From Rhodospirillaceae bacterium (GTDB lineage Bacteria > Pseudomonadota > Alphaproteobacteria > CACIAM-22H2), in assembly GCA_022843945.1 (NCBI GenBank), contig JALHMR010000002.1, positions 72,073 to 136,072 on the forward strand: 64,000 nucleotides of DNA. Reading direction: 5' to 3'. The stretch's first letter is position 1. Every line of letters starts with the position of its first letter. Positions 61,139-64,000 of this stretch are shown piece by piece. Made by a program: the position numbers and the translations under genes. The notes beneath the pieces were generated by a model. That model did no database searches. It was not told the DNA's origin and worked only from the letters and a program-made list of their open reading frames with translations.

Positions 61139-62794
61139 TCAGCGCGCCCTTGACGGTTGCGCCGGTGCCCGTCCGGCTGGAGCGCGTCCGCCGGTGTAGT
61201 CGATCTCCTTTGCCAGGGCCGCGGCCAGGGCATCGGGAATGACCTGCTTCTCCAACGGCACGGAAATCTGATACGGGACCTGCTGGGCGAACGTGAACAG
61301 GCGACCGGGGTCGTACTTGTTCTTGACCTTCACCAGTCCCGGCAGGGCGCTGCCCCAATAGTTATTCGCGTAGTCCGGGACGTTGATCTTGCAGTAGTTC
61401 TGGTAGACCTCGCCGTTCCACATGGTCTCCATCATCTGGATCCAGCCGTTCAGGAAGGCCTCGTTCGCCTTGCGCTCGTTGGGCAGGTACCAGTAGACAT
61501 CCATCACCGCGTCGAAATGCGCGTCACGGTGGATGAAGGCGCTGCTCCCGATGGGATAGCGGGCAATCGCGCCGCCATAGAACTCCAGGTACATGTAGGT
61601 CAGAGCGTTCGGCGCGTTGTTGACGAAATAGGTCAGGATCTGGCTCCATTGCGTAGGCGTCAGATCGCTGGCGACATAGCGTGAGGCCTTGTCCTGATTG
61701 GGCTTGCCCTGGTCCTCGACGGGCTGCTCCTGCGGCTTGTTCAGCAAGGCGTCGAGGACTTCGGGGTAACTACCGAAGGTCGCGAACTGAATGATGCAGC
61801 CCGGCATATCGGCGATAGCCGCCATCGCGGCCAAGCCGGACTTCAGGTCCCCCACCCACAGCCCGCGCACCATGAAAACGGGGATCGACTGGTTCAGCGG
61901 CGGCATTTGGGGATCGAGGATTGTCTGATAGACCACCAGCACCTGCAGGGTGAGGTTGTCCGGCGCTCCCGTGCCCAGCATGTACTGATTTTGCAGCAGC
62001 ATCATCACGTTGGTCGCGTTCGCGATATCGTCGGCGGTGACCAGCGGCCAGGCCAGTGCGATGCCGCTCACTTCTTCCATGGGGTAGAGCTGATATGTGA
62101 CGCTGAGCAGGACGCCGAAGTTACCGCCGGTGCCGCCGCGCATCGCCCACCACAGGTCGTAGTTCTGCTGCTCATTGGCGACGACGATGCTGCCGTCCGC
62201 CAGCATGACGCGCATTTCGATCACGTTGTCGCAGTTCATGCCGTAGGTCGTCGAGGTGAAGCCGATGCCGCCTCCCTGCACGTAGCCGCCGATGGCGACG
62301 TCGTCACATTCCCCGCCGGGCACGTGCAGTCCGTAAGCGGCGAGTGCCTGGTTGAAAGGACCGAAACGGAGGGCAGCGCTGACCGTCGCTATCCGGGTCA
62401 GCGGATTGATCTGCGGCTCGGCAGCAAGACCCGCAATGTCGATCAACATGCCGAAGCCGGCCGAGAACCCGGCTGTGCAATGCCCGCCGGAGCGCACGGT
62501 GAAGGGAAGGCCGTTGGCATTCGGGAGCCCGATCGCCACGGCGACGTCGTTTTCGCTCTCGCACATCGCAATCACGCAAGGGTTCGGATTGAACGCCGGA
62601 TTGGACAACTGGCGGAGATCGTCGTAGCCCGGATCGCCGGGCATCACGAACACACCCTGGAAGGCCGCCTGCGCCGCCTTCAGCGACGCCCGCGTGATGC
62701 CCATCTTCTTGAAGTCGGCGTCGTCCCGCTTGTCCCAAAGCGAGAACAGCTCGGCGTCCCGAGCATTCTTTCGGGAATAGATCCTCTTAGGCAT
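61139..62794 (-). CDS. FAD-binding oxidase, berberine-bridge-enzyme-like
   Basis: VRSGGH (His-FAD), GGECDDVAIGG (Cys-FAD), RGGTGGNFGV, YQNY, YWG, VKNKYDP. Confidence 0.92.
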   Translation of the reverse strand: MPKRIYSRKNARDAELFSLWDKRDDADFKKMGITRASLKAAQAAFQGVFVMPGDPGYDDLRQLSNPAFNPNPCVIAMCESENDVAVAIGLPNANGLPFTVRSGGHCTAGFSAGFGMLIDIAGLAAEPQINPLTRIATVSAALRFGPFNQALAAYGLHVPGGECDDVAIGGYVQGGGIGFTSTTYGMNCDNVIEMRVMLADGSIVVANEQQNYDLWWAMRGGTGGNFGVLLSVTYQLYPMEEVSGIALAWPLVTADDIANATNVMMLLQNQYMLGTGAPDNLTLQVLVVYQTILDPQMPPLNQSIPVFMVRGLWVGDLKSGLAAMAAIADMPGCIIQFATFGSYPEVLDALLNKPQEQPVEDQGKPNQDKASRYVASDLTPTQWSQILTYFVNNAPNALTYMYLEFYGGAIARYPIGSSAFIHRDAHFDAVMDVYWYLPNERKANEAFLNGWIQMMETMWNGEVYQNYCKINVPDYANNYWGSALPGLVKVKNKYDPGRLFTFAQQVPYQISVPLEKQVIPDALAAALAKEIDYTGGRAPAGRAPAQPSRAR

Positions 62795-62951
62795 CGAAAG
62801 CTCTCCCCCGCCGCAGGCATCAAAGCATCAGGCAACTCATCGATCTGTTGTGTGAAACTTTAAGGACCTTAGCTGATCCTTGAGAAAAAGCACAATCACG
62901 GCAATCGCCGGTAGTGCGGTAGTCTCCTCGGCGGTTGCAGCGCAGGTCGAG

Positions 62952-64000
62952 TCAGTACGAGCGCGGCAGGCCGAGGACGTGCTCGGCGATATAGGCGAGG
63001 ATCAGGTTGGTCGAGATCGGCGCCACCTGGTAGAGCCGCGTCTCGCGGAACTTGCGCTCGACGTCGTATTCCTCGGCGAAGCCGAAGCCGCCATGGGTCT
63101 GCAGGCACATCTCGGCGGCTTGCCATGAGGCTTCGGAGGTCAGCATCTTGGCCATGTTGGCTTCCGAGCCGCAGGGTTCGCCCGCCTCATAGAGCGCGAT
63201 GGCCTTCCTGAGCATCAGTTCCGCCGCTTCGGTGGCGGCATAGGCGCGGGCAATGGGGAACTGGATGCCCTGGTTCTGGCCGATCGGTCGGCCGAAGACC
63301 ACGCGCTCCTTGGCGTAGGCGCTGGCCTTGGCGATGAACCAGCGCGCGTCACCGATGCACTCGGCGGCGATCAGGATGCGCTCGGCGTTCATGCCGTCGA
63401 GGATGTAACGGAAGCCCTTGCCTTCCTCGCCGATCAGGTTCTCGGCCGGGACCTCGAGATTGTCGAAGAACACCTCGGTGGTGGCGTGGTTGATCATGGC
63501 GCGCAAGGGGCGGATGGTCAGGCCCTTGCCCTTGGCTTCGCGCATGTCGACCAGCAGCACCGAGAGGCCGTCGGTCTTCTTCTTCGTCTCGCCCTTGGCC
63601 GTGGTGCGGGCGAGCAGCAGCATCAGGTCGGAATGCTCGGCCCGCGAGGTCCACACCTTCTGGCCGTTGACCACGTACTTGTCGTTGCCCTGGCGCGTCG
63701 CGGTGGTGCGTAGCGAAGTCGTATCGGTGCCGGCGGTGGGTTCGGTGACGCCGAAGGCCTGCAGGCGAAGTTCGCCACTGGCGATGCCGGGCAGGTACTT
63801 CTGCTTCTGGGCCGGGCTGCCGTGCCGCAGGATGGTGCCCATGGTGTACATCTGGGCGTGGCAGGCGGCGGCGTTGCCGCCGCTCTTGTGGATCTCCTCC
63901 AGGATGGCGCAGGCGGCGCCCAGGGGCAGGCCGCTGCCGCCGTATTCCTCGGGGATCAGCGCGCCGAGATAGCCGGCCTCGGTCAGCGCCTTGACGAAGT
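62952..64000 (-). CDS. Acyl-CoA dehydrogenase, 5'-truncated by the window edge
   Basis: FGVTEP.AG.D, NGQKVWTS, GMNAERI, THGGFG, GLPRSY; the frame stays open to 64000. Confidence 0.93.
   Translation of the reverse strand, partial: FVKALTEAGYLGALIPEEYGGSGLPLGAACAILEEIHKSGGNAAACHAQMYTMGTILRHGSPAQKQKYLPGIASGELRLQAFGVTEPTAGTDTTSLRTTATRQGNDKYVVNGQKVWTSRAEHSDLMLLLARTTAKGETKKKTDGLSVLLVDMREAKGKGLTIRPLRAMINHATTEVFFDNLEVPAENLIGEEGKGFRYILDGMNAERILIAAECIGDARWFIAKASAYAKERVVFGRPIGQNQGIQFPIARAYAATEAAELMLRKAIALYEAGEPCGSEANMAKMLTSEASWQAAEMCLQTHGGFGFAEEYDVERKFRETRLYQVAPISTNLILAYIAEHVLGLPRSY

Overview
High-GC alphaproteobacterial chromosome segment; gene content and repeat families suggest a Rhodospirillales/Hyphomicrobiales-like organism (inference). 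It holds about 55 CDS, mostly metabolic: a nucleotide-sugar operon (TPP E1 alpha/beta, ColD-type 3-dehydratase, SDR), apt, cytochrome c2, a PdhS-type histidine kinase, amidase/amidohydrolases, a Dpp/Opp ABC transporter, LysR-GST, SPFH/NfeD, alkB, an acyl-CoA catabolic cluster, amrS/amrB, GMC oxidoreductase, SDRs, and a flavoprotein oxidase plus STAND cyclase. I found no rRNA, tRNA, CRISPR array, integrase or transposase. Most notable: (1) an SCP2 / small OB-fold-like / large-protein operon at the left edge, whose large protein begins with a copy of the small one; (2) three paralogous secreted Ala/Lys-rich proteins, each with the same terminator, interleaved with alkB and a 2OG-Fe(II) oxygenase; (3) a nested REP > MITE (17-bp TIR, 10-bp TSD) > REP element; (4) low-GC islets (Trypco2-like + HEPN-like pair; proteasome-beta-like pseudogene); (5) a 123-bp duplicated gene end bracketing a DUF2141+MlaC islet; (6) a 27-bp in-frame duplication in amrS; (7) a parS-like site and a perfect CtrA box. 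Family calls come from motif recognition only; no database searches were run.
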